From assembly GCA_030141605.1 (NCBI GenBank), contig JAQGDQ010001070.1, positions 1,475-65,474 on the forward strand: DNA of 64,000 bases, in the 5' to 3' direction. Below the pieces are notes generated by a model. It had not been told where the DNA came from and ran no database searches. It saw only the letters and a program-made list of their open reading frames with translations. Shown here piece by piece: positions 1 to 14,068 of the stretch. Source of the DNA: Tubiluchus corallicola (Eukaryota > Animalia > Priapulida). The stretch's first letter is position 1. Each line of letters begins with the position of its first letter. Made by a program: the position numbers and the translations under genes.

Positions 1-208
1 TTCATTTAAGTAAGGTGAGTGTGTTAATGACCGTATGGTCGTACACTCACCTCACACTACTCAAATTATTACATCATTTACTTCATCCTTATTTACATTA
101 AGTTGTCTACAGAAGCATGCATAACTATAATCATTTTTTCATTTAAGTAAGGTGAATGTGTTAATGACCGTATGGTCGTACACTCACCTCGCACTACTCA
201 AATTATTT
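1..208. repeat. Two direct copies (about 137 bp apart) of a ~70-bp motif containing a stem-loop
   Basis: ttcatttaagtaaggtgagtgtgttaatgaccgtatggtcgtacactcacctc at 1 and 138; aggtgagtgt...acactcacct is self-complementary. Confidence 0.8.
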
Positions 209-545
209 TATTTATTGTTTATTTTATGTGTACAATATTGTATATTGATGTGTGAAATAAAATTCATAGTTCAAAGTTCATTTATTGTCATAATTGGTTT
301 TAAACCGTTTTGCCGACTTCACAATGTCATTTCTCTCCAATTTTTTTCTTATAACCAATTTCTTTTTTATCTTTTCTATTTTTATTGTATTTGTGCCTAG
401 TATTGAACACTGTAGTAATAATCTTGTTAATTTTCATAGATTTTGGCCTATTTACCACTATTTTTACATTTGACTTTAGTTTTTTTTGAATGAGTCTGGT
501 ACCTTATTGAATTTTTTATGTCCAGTTTAGAGTGGAAAGCAAAGT

Positions 546-604
546 GCCGTGTTGTGTTGTGTTTTGTTGTGTTGTGTTGTGTTTTGTTGTGTTGTGTTGT
601 GTTT
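546..604. repeat. (GTGTT)n microsatellite
   Basis: Direct reading. Confidence 0.9.
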
Positions 605-696
605 TTTCATGCAGTTTACAATCAATAAATAGTTTGAATGTTGTATCATTTTAACTTTGGTATTTTTATTTTGCTGTGTTTGTGTCGAGGTAATTA

Positions 697-1125
697 CAGT
701 CAACCCTCGTTAAAACGGACTAATTGGGGGTGGGGGTTCGGTTTAGCCGATTGTCCGATTTATCCGATATGCCTGGTCTATATTATACAGGAATAATCAC
801 CTTAATAAGGCATATATAAATTGCACTATATACTGTGCACTATATACTATACTGTATATTACTTTAAAATAGTTAACCTGTGAGGATAAAGAAATTAGCG
901 AGTGCTTTCGATGGGGTAAGCAAACTGAATTTTGGCGGGAATCGTAGCAGCCTGGGCAGTACCGCGAGCAGCTTCGGCCCGTCAATGGCTCGTGGTGAGT
1001 TGGTAGGCCGCATTGTGTTTAGCGCTCGGGGTCGGTCGGAAATCGGTCAGTTTTCTTTACCACGGATGAAGTCCGTCTTATCCGATATCCGGGCTGACGG
1101 GCTCCGGTTTAACGAGGGTCGACTG
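697..1125. mobile_element. Tc1/mariner-pogo type MITE
   Basis: TA|cagtcaaccctcgttaaa ... tttaacgagggtcgactg|TA: terminal inverted repeats with TA duplication. Confidence 0.85.
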
Positions 1126-1734
1126 TAATGGAACCCGGGTTACTGCAGTAGAAGGTCACGGTGCTCTTATTTGTGCATCTTTTTAGTAAAACGTATTACA
1201 GAAGATGTCACCTAATAAAACTGCCATTGGACCAGCTATAAGTGGTCTTAATAAATGGTGGCCTGCTGTAAACACGTGTATTTGGCAAAGTACAGCATGT
1301 AAACACTTTACCCTGATTAATATTATAAACATTGTTCAGTCAACATGCCTTACAGAATTACTCAAGCCGAAGCGTAGAACAGTGATTAAGTTCACTCAAA
1401 GGACTGAACTTTAATTCTGACAGCCAATGAAAAATGTTATTTACATTCTGTGCTATTGTGTAGAATATGAATGGTCTTTGGATAAATTTTGTATAGTGTT
1501 ATTTTGTCTGTTGTTTACATTATTAAATAAATATTACATTATTAGAATTTGGGACGCCGGCAATTTCGCAAGTTCAACTGATTCGTCGTAGAGGGCGTTG
1601 CAAAGTTGATGAATAGAAGTTTAAGAACTTGCCTTGTTGAGCATTTCATTAAAGATTACTAAAAAATTTTACTCAGTTTTATGCTTTGTGTAAATGGCTA
1701 CAAAAATACAATTTAAACGAACATTTTTCTTCAG

Positions 1735-4939
<3,205 letters not shown>

Positions 4940-5189
4940 ATTACAGTGATTAGACCAGCTTGTTGAAGAAAAAAGATTGACCAGAGTATTAGGGAAGGCA
5001 AGAATCATTGAAGGCACCAAGCCGCTTAACACAGTAAAATGAATGGTTGTGTATGATTCATATATTGTTTAATTGTAGAGCAGGATACGTTCATTACCTG
5101 TAAAGCTTAAACAGCTATTCTAAAAACTTCTACAAATCTATTAATTAGATTATTATCTGTCAAACTACAGTAGATTTTTCTTCTTTACC

Positions 5190-5538
5190 TTAGTTTTCTA
5201 ACTAATATTTCCACCTATAGGTGGCAGCAGCAGGTTATTAGTAAACATTCCCATGTACAGCCGGTATTAAATTTCATCTCTTTGTTTGGGACGTGAAATC
5301 CATAGCCACTAAGAATAATTATACTGCAGAAATTTAAAACATTTCGTAGCTTGTCAAAAATTTTACGAAATGTAAAGCTACGAAATGTTTTAAAATTTCT
5401 GCAGTATAATTATTCTTAGTGGCTATGGATTTCACGTCCCAAACAAAGAGATAAAATTTAATACCGGCTGTACGTGGGAATGTTTACTAATAACCTGCTG
5501 CTGCCACCTATAGGTGGAAATATTAGTTAGAAAACTAA
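5190..5538. repeat. Near-perfect inverted repeat, 163/164-bp arms, 22-nt loop
   Basis: 5190-5352 is the reverse complement of 5375-5538 with 2 substitutions and one 1-nt indel. Confidence 0.95.
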
Positions 5539-6336
5539 TGATTCATTGATTTAGTCTGTCTAGTTTAATCTGGTTGGCTGGCCAACTGTCACATATTTAA
5601 ACTTGCATTGCACATTCTTATCTTCATTGCTAGACTTATCTAGTCAATCAAAAAGTGGTAAATCTGTTACTTTTTCCTTTATTGTACTGCAAAAATTCAC
5701 ATTACTGTAATACATCATCATATTTGACCTGTAGTATGATTGTTGAGAACATAATATAAAGTTATTTTATTTTTTTATATTGAGATTTGTAATAGTAAAG
5801 TGGTAAATCGTTGGCCTAGACGGCTAAACCCGTAATTGTTAATGAAAATGAGATTATTTTGATCATGGCCTTATGCATAGACCAAATTATCAGTATTATG
5901 AAATGATATACATAAATTAAGATCGTAATGCATGTAATTATTACCAGATGTAGAAATTCATTTTGTATTTGGTTGAGTTATAAAAGATTATTTTTAATAA
6001 AAAAATGAAGTATGTGGTAGAAATGTCTTGAAGAATTTACATCTGTGATCATCGGCAGCTTCGCTTACAATGAAAAGATGATGTTGCAAGTTCAAATTAT
6101 GTCAGTTCCGCACACAAAATCACGAAAAAGCGTTCCGTTTCTCTAAGGAAAAGTACTCATTGCACACATAGAAAAGAACCTACATGTTACATTCATAACA
6201 CAAGCTTTTTATACACAAGTGCAGTAGGTCAATAAGAAAACAAAGTTAAATTGAATCGGCCGACTTGGCAATTCTCTATAATAATGACAGGTATAAATGC
6301 ATTTATTGGTTAACGTCATTTCAGGCTTGAGAGCTT

Positions 6337-6450
6337 CCATTTTTCCACCAATGATGTCATTATAAACCCCATTTTCCACCAATGATGTCATTTTAAACCC
6401 ATTTTTCCACCAATGATGTCATTTTAAACCCCATTTTTCCACCAATGATG
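6337..6450. repeat. ~31-bp minisatellite inside a dispersed-repeat fragment (about 6300-6600)
   Basis: ccatttttccaccaatgatgtcattttaaacc, about 3.7 copies; the flank matches the reverse complement of about 41175-41330. Confidence 0.75.
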
Positions 6451-7374
6451 TAGTTCGTCAACTGAAGAAAAGCAGCGCACTGTCAATCTCCGTTAAAAGT
6501 ATGATAATTATGTTTCTACGAAAAAATTAGAGAATCGATTTTGTGACATTTTTGCATGAATATTAAGCAAGGTGGAGAAGTTTGAATTAGTTTAAGCAGT
6601 ATGAGCTACAATTCGTATTAATTCTGCAAAGCTTCTGGTTTTTGTAAAGCTCGCTTGCAAAAAAACGACTTGATGTAATTCTTTAACAACTATAGTTTTA
6701 ATCCCTTTTTATAGTTTATGAAAGTTTATCGTATAGGAAAGTTTACCGTTCAATTTTTTGGATACTAGCTGTTGCCGTAATCAGATACATGTACCAGACA
6801 CCAAACACATACCAAAAATTGTTTAGTAACCGTTTTTAGTACTGCTTGATATGTATTGTGCAGAAATCAAAGTATGGGGGAGTACTTGTTTGTGACATTC
6901 TGCATGAAACACAGAAGCTTAAAAATTATGTGAAATGCTGTGGTCTGATTAGCTGCTGGTTGGTGGGTGAATGATAGCTGCTGTGGGACTGTAACTTACT
7001 AGTTATAAATAATTTTGCTGAACAAATCGGAGCGGCAGCCTTGACAATGATATTTTTTGAAAATGCATTAATTCTCACAAGAATGCAGTTATAGCTATCA
7101 GTTAAAAATGTTATGAATTGACTACACAGTTTTTGTAAGGAACTTAATAATGCGGGAGGAATAACAGTAACAAATTAGGACAAATTTCACACTGTAAAAT
7201 TTAAGCTGATATTTTATTAATTTAGCAGTTTTTGTTTGGCCTCTTGTCACAAACATAACCCATAAATAAATGTGTTCTTCATAATTTTTTGTAAATGTTC
7301 AACAATGGAACAACCATTGGGATGTCAACAACCTCAATGCAGTGGTGGAAAAAATTAATAGAGAGCGGCTTTCT

Positions 7375-7820
7375 TCACCTCACTCCCAATTGGTCCATAA
7401 TCCAAGGAGCTGAAATATAAAAAAGCAAATTTATATTAGCTGCTGAAATAATTATTATGTTATTACAACTACTGCTTTCTTTGTTATAATAACATAACAC
7501 ACAGGTTAATTAGGTTAAAAGATCAATGAAGTATAACTACCATGTTCAAAATTGAGTTGGGGCAATAAACAATAATATTACTCCTATCGTAATTCATGCA
7601 AAAATGCGGATTTGTCACTGAATTTTATTGAACGGCCAAAGCGACAGTCTGCGTCGCGATAAGCACTAATAGTAGTAAAAGTAATAAACTAAAAAATACC
7701 TGCTCTTAGGATTGCCACAACTAGAAGAAACTGCGTAAAAGTATTAATTGACTGTTGTTTTGCTTGCTTTTTCTCTTCGTCAGGATCAACCTTTGGGGCA
7801 CGTGGATCGATTCGCATCAT
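7375..7820 (-). CDS. TOMM5: Mitochondrial import receptor subunit TOM5 homolog, 51 aa, two exons
   Basis: Exons 7820-7700 and 7409-7375 (GT-AG) give MMRIDPRAPKVDPDEEKKQAKQQSINTFTQFLLVVAILRAAPWIMDQLGVR*. Length and pattern match TOMM5 as remembered (MFRIEGLAPKLDPEE...FLIYVALLRVTPF). Confidence 0.85.
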
Positions 7821-9085
7821 CTTGCAATATATTTCAAGGCCTACGAAATCTAAAATGTATTTAAAAATGATTTTTAAGTACAGCCGGCCAGTCAAACATC
7901 AGCTAATCATATTTTATTTAATTACAAAAACATCCGATAGATGGTACTGCAAGGCGTTTGAGCGGATGAATATACGGTGCGGATTAACACATAAGCTTGT
8001 GTCAGACGTCTAGCAAAAATATTGAAATTGAGAATACAGCTTTACTGGGTTTATTTATAACTATTCGCGCCTTCAGTTTTCATTTACGCAGTTACCAAAT
8101 AATAACAACTGATAGTCGATATTACTCGCGGCAATAACTGTACTTTTCTGTGATAAGTTGTCGTTGGGGAAAGATATTTTATTAAGAACTTTAGTTTGTG
8201 CTTTAACTTTGCCTTCAACTTAATGCCAGTTACAGAAACGTAATAAGGTGTGTACTGTGTAGCTGAGAGGGAGGGAAATGCATAGGGTGCTGCTTTCTTT
8301 GACAAAAAAGCTTAGATATCCAACACATCTGTATGTAGCACACGTGTCTGCCTCTGATAGCTCCTCTTAAAAACAATACAACTACGTCATTGAGTATAAT
8401 GAATTACGATACCGATGATAAATGCACTATTAATTGCAAAACACCTTAAATGCTACTAATAGCTGCCAACTAACTAGAAATATTCACATAGTAATATGCT
8501 CACACTGCAATGATAATCCAAGTTCATTTATACAATGTTTTGTTATAATAAATGAACGTTTAACTGTTTTTATAATGCACTACACATGTAGATTGTATAG
8601 TGTAACATGCCATCCATACATTTAAACAAAAGTTATTGCAACAACTTCAAGTCAGTTGCAAATTTAAGGCAGATTAAGAAAGATAAAAAATAATAGTAAC
8701 TAAGCAGTAATGTTAACTATTTATAATTTTATTAAATCCAACATCTAGTACATGCACGTGGCAACTAGAAATGTAATACTAAACATAAGCACTTGTTAAG
8801 CTTTTTAAACTTGCTTTTTAATACGTAGAGTGGATATACTAAAACACAATTTAACTACCAGTATTCACTGTGTATGTGGATTGCAAGTGCGTGTGTCTGT
8901 GTGCGCCTGTGGTGTGTGTAATAATATATACTAGAATACGTTATACTGAAGAAAAGTATCTGAATGTAGCAAAGCTGTTGAAATTACAACAGCATTTGTT
9001 CCAACATTGCAGTAAATGAACTTCACGACTCTACGCAAACTATAGACATATTGTTGTTCAGTATGATCCACAGGTGAGCAACGAG

Positions 9086-10228
9086 TTAGCTCTGTAGAAG
9101 CTCTTTTCCCCAATCAATTGCCTTGACAAACTCTTCTTCGCTAAATGCCAACAGCCTAGAACTCTCCAAAAGGAGTTTCTGTTTTTTCAGGACATTAACT
9201 AATTTCATTTGCTTTTTATAGGCAGAAATCAGCTCAGAGTTTGCCTTCTCTAATTTATTATTTTCAGCGGTCAAGCGCTCGGCTTTTTTCCTCTCTTGTT
9301 CCAAGTTCTCTTTAAATGTAGCTTTAGTTCTTTGTAGCTCAGACTTGTATTTTTCCACTTCCTCTAGAGCTCTGTTAAGTCTTACATCGGTAGCACTCAG
9401 TGAACTAGTTGCCTGCTTTTGATCTCGTTTTAGCACATCTAATTCTCTTTTCAGTACAGTTGCTTGAGCCTGCAAATGTTCCGCCTTGCCAATAGCGTCA
9501 TCAGCCAATTTTCTCTGCTTTTCAATTTGACTTTGTTGAGCAGCTTTAGTCTTAGACAATGTGGCATTTTCTTCTTTAAACTGCTTGATCTTCATTTCCA
9601 AAATTTTCCGCTGTTCGTCCTTTGCCTTGTTATCTGCAGCCATTTTTTCTAGTTCTTCCTTCATTATTCTCAACCTTGCTTTCAAGAACCATCCTATAGC
9701 CTGTTTGCTCATGTTACCGGCTCCTTCGGGCAGGATATCATCATCGTCGAGATTAAGATCCGTGTCGTCACCACCTCGTTTTTCGTATTCTTCCTGCAGC
9801 CGATTTTCTATTGCATAAACCGCTGAAGTAAATGCCGTGTCCATTCCTTTCTGTCCGCTCACAGTTCGTTTACGAGTTGCACCTTTTGCCTTCTCTTCAA
9901 TAGTTATCTCTGATTTTAGTTGACTCGTTTTTTTTGGCTTTGCAGCTTCTCTGCTCGGGCCATCCTTTTTCTTGGGTAAGTCGTCAAAGAAATCTTCAGC
10001 TTTTAGATGATCAAGTCTTGAAACCGGCTTTGAGAGTAACTTGTCCTTACTTTTCAGTGCTTCTTCCGCATCTTTAACCAAAGAGGCCGTTTTTGCTTCA
10101 AGTTCGGCATTTATCTGTCTGTACTCTTCTTCTTTGTTCAGCTTGCCAGATTTCTTTTTTGTCTTCTTATGTTTTTTCCTAGGACTTTTTTTATGCTTTA
10201 GCTTTTTGCTTCCTTCCGAATCTGACAT
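9086..10228 (-). CDS. TEX9: Testis-expressed protein 9 (coiled-coil, centriolar/ciliary), single coding exon, 380 aa
   Basis: EEEYRQINAELEAKT, DVRLNRALEEVEKYK and KKQMKLVNVLKKQK...LLAFSEEEFVKAIDW match TEX9 motifs. ATG at 10228, splice acceptor ttttatag ending at 10250. Confidence 0.85.
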   Translation of the reverse strand: MSDSEGSKKLKHKKSPRKKHKKTKKKSGKLNKEEEYRQINAELEAKTASLVKDAEEALKSKDKLLSKPVSRLDHLKAEDFFDDLPKKKDGPSREAAKPKKTSQLKSEITIEEKAKGATRKRTVSGQKGMDTAFTSAVYAIENRLQEEYEKRGGDDTDLNLDDDDILPEGAGNMSKQAIGWFLKARLRIMKEELEKMAADNKAKDEQRKILEMKIKQFKEENATLSKTKAAQQSQIEKQRKLADDAIGKAEHLQAQATVLKRELDVLKRDQKQATSSLSATDVRLNRALEEVEKYKSELQRTKATFKENLEQERKKAERLTAENNKLEKANSELISAYKKQMKLVNVLKKQKLLLESSRLLAFSEEEFVKAIDWGKELLQS

Positions 10229-10516
10229 CCTTAATTTCACAGCAATAGCCTATAAAACAAATATTAAGTAAACAAATTTTTGCATAAAATAGTTAGGCAG
10301 TGTCTAAAAACACACATCAGGGAAAATTTTAGTTTACAAATAATGAGTAGTGGTAATTGCTAGAAATTTCTGATTTGTACAAGAAATGAGTTTCTCTGCT
10401 TAGCATTTTCTTTAAACAAGTGACTGTAGCCGTTTCTGCTTATAAATTTGCATTGTGTTACTGCATGGTGCTATAATTATTGATGATTGGTTATCACAGT
10501 AACACATTAATACCAA

Positions 10517-10745
10517 ACGATCAACGTCTCGATTATGCTGAATCGCTAGTCCCACTGTTCTCACGTATCAGCAATGAGACTCCTCGCATGGCCGACTCCT
10601 ACAATATGATGCAGCCCTATCAGTACTACTGTCGACAGTGGTCCACGCGTAAGTACACCTGTTTTGTAAATGTTCATATCCAGTTGTAGATAGTTTCCGC
10701 TACAGTCTTACGGTGAAAAATTCTGATTTTGAAAGGACGTCACTG
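10517..10745 (+). pseudogene. Duplicated fragment of LAPTM4 exon 2 plus start of intron 2
   Basis: Matches 15888-16131 with about 10 substitutions and one 15-bp indel; includes the gtaagt donor. Confidence 0.9.
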
Positions 10746-11331
10746 TTTACAAGTGCGAAAAACAGCCGTGCATCTAAAACAGCTTTAATTATATAACCTA
10801 TATGTTAGATTATTTCAGATCATCCTTTGGCTATCTTAACAGCAAATTTAAAGAATTACGCAAATTAGTATCTCAAGAGTTACTGTGTTTTTGTAAATGT
10901 GCAGCAATAAATGCAATTAGAACTTAAAATTGCATAGCAACGAACTGAAATTATATAGCAATATGCAACGTGATACCAGACAAAATTTTCACTGTAGGGA
11001 TACACAGGCTAGTGCTGTTTAAGTTGGATTTTTCATGATCGCACCGCTGACGCACAGTTATTAGAGTCGGACAACTCATATGGTGGTATAATTCACTTAT
11101 AATGAAGTCTGCTATAACGAACCTCTGGTTATTATAAAGTCCCGTCAAGTCTTAAGCTTAAATAATGTATTTAACCCTTGCTTGCATTAAGCACTAAGAG
11201 ATGACTGCCCGTTGATTGGACTTCTCCAGCATATAAGGAGTGTGTGTTTAAAGACAATGAGCAAAGGAGTACCGTTTACTAAGGGCAAAAAATCAGTGAG
11301 CAGTGTACCGCATGGGGATTAATTTACTGAT

Positions 11332-11741
11332 TTGTGCATAAAACAATGATATCAACTACAGTACATGCAGACGTGCTTGTGAGTTTGCAGCTAACTGTGC
11401 TGCTGTAACTGTAACTTACAGTCAGAATAAATTGTGCATAAAACAATGATATCAAGTACAGTACATGCAGACGTGCTTGTGAGTCTGCCATTAACTGTGC
11501 TGCTGTAACTGTAACTTACAGTCAGAATAAATTGTGCATAAAACAATGATATCAAGTACAGTACATGCAGACGTGCTTGTGAGTCTGCCATTAACTGTGC
11601 TGCTGTAACTGTAACTTACAGTCAGAATAAATTGTGCATAAAACAATGATATCAAGTACAGTACATGCAGACGTGCTTGTGAGTCTGCCATTAACTGTGC
11701 TGCTGTAACTGTAACTTACAGTCAGAATAAATTGTGCATAA
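11332..11741. repeat. 100-bp tandem repeat, 4 copies
   Basis: Period exactly 100; the last three copies are identical. Confidence 0.95.
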
Positions 11742-13892
11742 ATTTTTGTCATTTCAGTAGAAATAACTAGAGAAATAATAGTGCATAAACCTGAAAGTTG
11801 TATAAAGAACATGCAGATATGTGCAGAGTATGGACTCTCATGTAGTACTATTTTGATAATATTAAAGAACAAGAAAAAAAATTCAAGTCGTCACTAGCAA
11901 CTGATAATAGAGTGCTCTCATACCTTTCAAATTTTGACAGCTCTTTGTGTGAAAAGAACTGTGGTGCAATATCAGGCAAATAAATAAATTGTTCTGCTTT
12001 GGAAGATAAATAATTCTGCGGCTCTTCAAAGTTTAATTTTTAAGAAAAATAGAACTAATATTTTAAATTAATATAGCGATTTTACATTAAACAACACATA
12101 GGCTATACACAGTAGTTATCATACTAGGAACCATGCTGAAATGCTCATCATGATCATAAATTATATTACACCAGCACAGCTATTTAAAAAAAAATGGGTC
12201 ATGTTTACCATTCACACAGATATCCAAGGTCTTGCACAACACACTCACAAACCAACACTCAGCAATGAGCAGACAACATGAACGAATCACACCAGTGGTT
12301 TAGAAATGCAACTTGTGGGACGATTTTATGTAAGAATTTATTGCGTAAAATACTGCTTTAATCGTAGAAATAACAGAATTTAGACACTGTAAGTTTACAA
12401 TAATATGACAAATAGTTGCTGAACAGTGGCACTCATTAAGAAGCTTATGTAAGTTTGAAAAGTGCCCTGCCCATTCTTACATCACATCCATGTCATAATT
12501 ATAAGCTTCATTTCTAACCTATGCATACACTCACACAATTGATATTGGCTATAACGAGACTCGGTTATAGTGACCAATTTTTCATGGTCCCTTGAAACTC
12601 ATTACAAGAGGATTATGCTGTACTGATAAGTTAATTTTTAGGGGATCTCTAGGCTGTTTAGCTTTTCTTTTGACTTTTCAAAAAAATCTCCGTGTTTGCC
12701 ATCTCTTGAAGATTGTTGAACATCTTAACAATTTACAAAGAATGTATTCTAAGACAGAGAAGGCATTGTATGTACTTATAATTATTAATAAAGGAAGTGG
12801 TTGGGCTGTATGCTCCTCCATTGCACACGTTGCTTCAAAGGGATTTGTATCGCTTGGATTGGCAGTTCTAGAATTGGACTGATTTACACTACATCAAAAT
12901 AATTGTAGAATACTAGCCACTAAGTAATTACCATATATATGTGCAGTGTAGCTGATACTAGCTGTGAGTCTATTAATGTATTATATTAGTTATTTTACTT
13001 TAGCTAAATATTATAATTGCACCTACTAATTTAATTAGTAAACGGCAATCATATGTTAATTTAATTATACCTGGTTGATATACCTGAAAATTAGAAATAA
13101 CTATGAAGTGGCAATTAGCTTCAACGTATTACATGCAATTTAACTCTAGTCTAGACAATACTTACTACCCGTACTACTAGCAGTAGTACTACTTTAAATT
13201 AAAGTCTTGATGACATAATTATGACTTATGTTAAGATTAAATTAGATTAGATTGTTTGTTTTCATAACACGTCAATTATTTTCAGAATATAAAACATCTT
13301 AATTCATAATATTCAAAAGCAACGAATGATTTAGGGAGAAGGAAGGAGCCAGCTTTCAAGCCCGTCACCCAAGTGTGGAGCTACACGTATCGTTGATGAC
13401 ATTAACACAATTTAAAGGATTATATATAAAGGATTATACAAGACAACACAAAGCATACAAGCAATAAATTCACTTATTCATTTGAAAATACACCTTTACA
13501 GTTACTTCAGTTCAGATTAGTCAATAGTTACATTAACAGTAACTTCAGTATAGTAATAAGCTGTCACAAACATACGTTAACAGTCACTTTTGAACATTAA
13601 TGTCAAACTAACCAAAGACAGACATTTACTGTGAAATCAGGAAAGTAATATCATAATAGTAATTAGTATACTAAGTAATAGCTAGGCTGTGTAATTGTTA
13701 ATTAACTAAAACACGTACTTCTCGATTTAAAATGTGAACTAAAAGCAGTAAAAATATGCCACTCGACAAAATCACACAAACATGCGGATACTATTATAAT
13801 CCATTAAAACTGTTAGTTAAGGAAAAGCGTTGAACACTTTAGACTAAGTTTTGCAGCTTTGACGTGCATCAAACGTCTCTAGGACGCTACCG

Positions 13893-13984
13893 GTTGCTAT
13901 AACAACAAAAATGTTCTTTTGTTTTCCCTAGAACTATTTTCTTAGTGGCTGACGTCACTGTAAACAGAACGACGAAAACCGGAA
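13893..13984. promoter_or_regulatory. Candidate bidirectional promoter core for LAPTM4/TEX9: X-box, CRE and ETS motifs
   Basis: GTTGCTATAACAAC at 13893-13906 (RFX X-box pattern), TGACGTCA at 13950-13957, CCGGAA at 13979-13984, all within 180 bp of the LAPTM4 ATG. Confidence 0.5.
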
Positions 13985-14068
13985 CTATTTCGTTAATTTG
14001 CAAAGTTTTTTTTACTATTATTTGGAATTTTTAAGAGGGATTTACGCTGAATATATTTGTTTTTGGTG

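Noticed and set aside
5211-5230. CTCF-like motifs (taggtggcag here and at about 47793; agatggcgc at about 39836)
   Set aside because: Only partial consensus matches within repeats; unsupported without PWM scoring or ChIP
11190-11331. Possible C/D snoRNA (atgact...ctga)
   Set aside because: No proper C box or terminal stem and no recognisable rRNA guide
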